Assembly: GCF_964194025.1 (NCBI RefSeq)
Contig: NC_134481.1
Span: forward strand, 38,440,001-38,504,000
Direction of reading: 5' to 3'
Origin: Convolutriloba macropyga
Taxonomy: Eukaryota
DNA: 64,000 nt
Made by a program: the position numbers and the translations under genes. Below, in pieces: positions 63,601 to 64,000 of this stretch; position 1 is the first letter of the stretch; the number at the start of each line of letters is the position of its first letter. The notes beneath the pieces were generated by a model, which did not search any database, had not been told where the DNA came from, and was given only the letters and a program-made list of their open reading frames with translations.

Positions 63601-64000
63601 AACAATTTATAGTCGCCAAATTAGACGCTATTAAACGCAATGCAAAACGCTTTCTATTGAATGCGGAAAATTATAAAAAAAATTTCGGCGCGAAATCCGC
63701 TGACAAAACCGGTCTCAAATAATTCACATTCCACTGACAAATTATGCAGCGAATTTGCACCGCGAAATCTCGAATATTCTGAAATTACGAATAATGGCAA
63801 CACAATTAGCAAATTAGCACCAAATAGTTCTCGTTCCACTAACAAAATCGCGATTGCAAACATTCCTCACTCTCTTTTTGCCTTGAATAGCACTACCAAT
63901 CATTCGCAACAACATTTCAAAAATTTTAAACGAATTGCTGATAGCTTTCAAAACGTTTTAATGATGTCTCAATCCGATGAGTAAACACTTTTGCAAATAA
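60626..64000 (+). mobile_element. Ty3/Gypsy LTR retrotransposon gag-pol, decayed; continues off the right edge
   Basis: Gag from the ATG at 60626 (MAQPARESRKTPL..WEKW, RKQRKGEKVEQY, zinc knuckle CYHCGLLNLFAKVC), protease LLDSGG, RT (TLDL, FLDDIL, LAKCHF, WLGH), RNase H (CDVS, ELELLGVVWSIEHF, RLTRW). The LTR was not delimited. Confidence 0.93.

Overview
AT-rich eukaryotic (invertebrate animal-like) genomic DNA that is mostly repeats; the taxon cannot be fixed from sequence alone. Positions 1-15215 are a 30-bp satellite with layered higher-order repeats. It is followed by a near full-length, disrupted CR1/L2-type LINE on the minus strand, the last exon of a catalytically dead trypsin-like gene, a nested tandem duplication and a 200-N assembly gap. 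From 26429 to 34101 lies a composite that looks like a Polinton/Maverick-derived remnant: a 2.5-kb fold-back palindrome, two arrays of a ~125-bp repeat, an intact DEDD-exonuclease-like ORF and an AGTAGT-type terminus. It sits just downstream of a splice donor in SLC25A32, whose final exon is not visible in the window. Three co-oriented host genes lie on the minus strand: UFD1 (intronless), LRRC42 (2 exons, with a ~7-kb intron holding an antisense LINE) and SLC25A32. UFD1 and LRRC42 are only 258 bp apart, and all three have a splice-acceptor-like YAG within 6 nt of the ATG, which suggests an operon or SL trans-splicing arrangement. The rest holds a decayed CRE-clade retroelement with internal tandem duplications, small MITE-like hairpins, tRNA-derived repeats, old LINE fragments and a decayed Ty3/Gypsy gag-pol running off the right end. 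Family assignments come from recalled motifs, not database searches.
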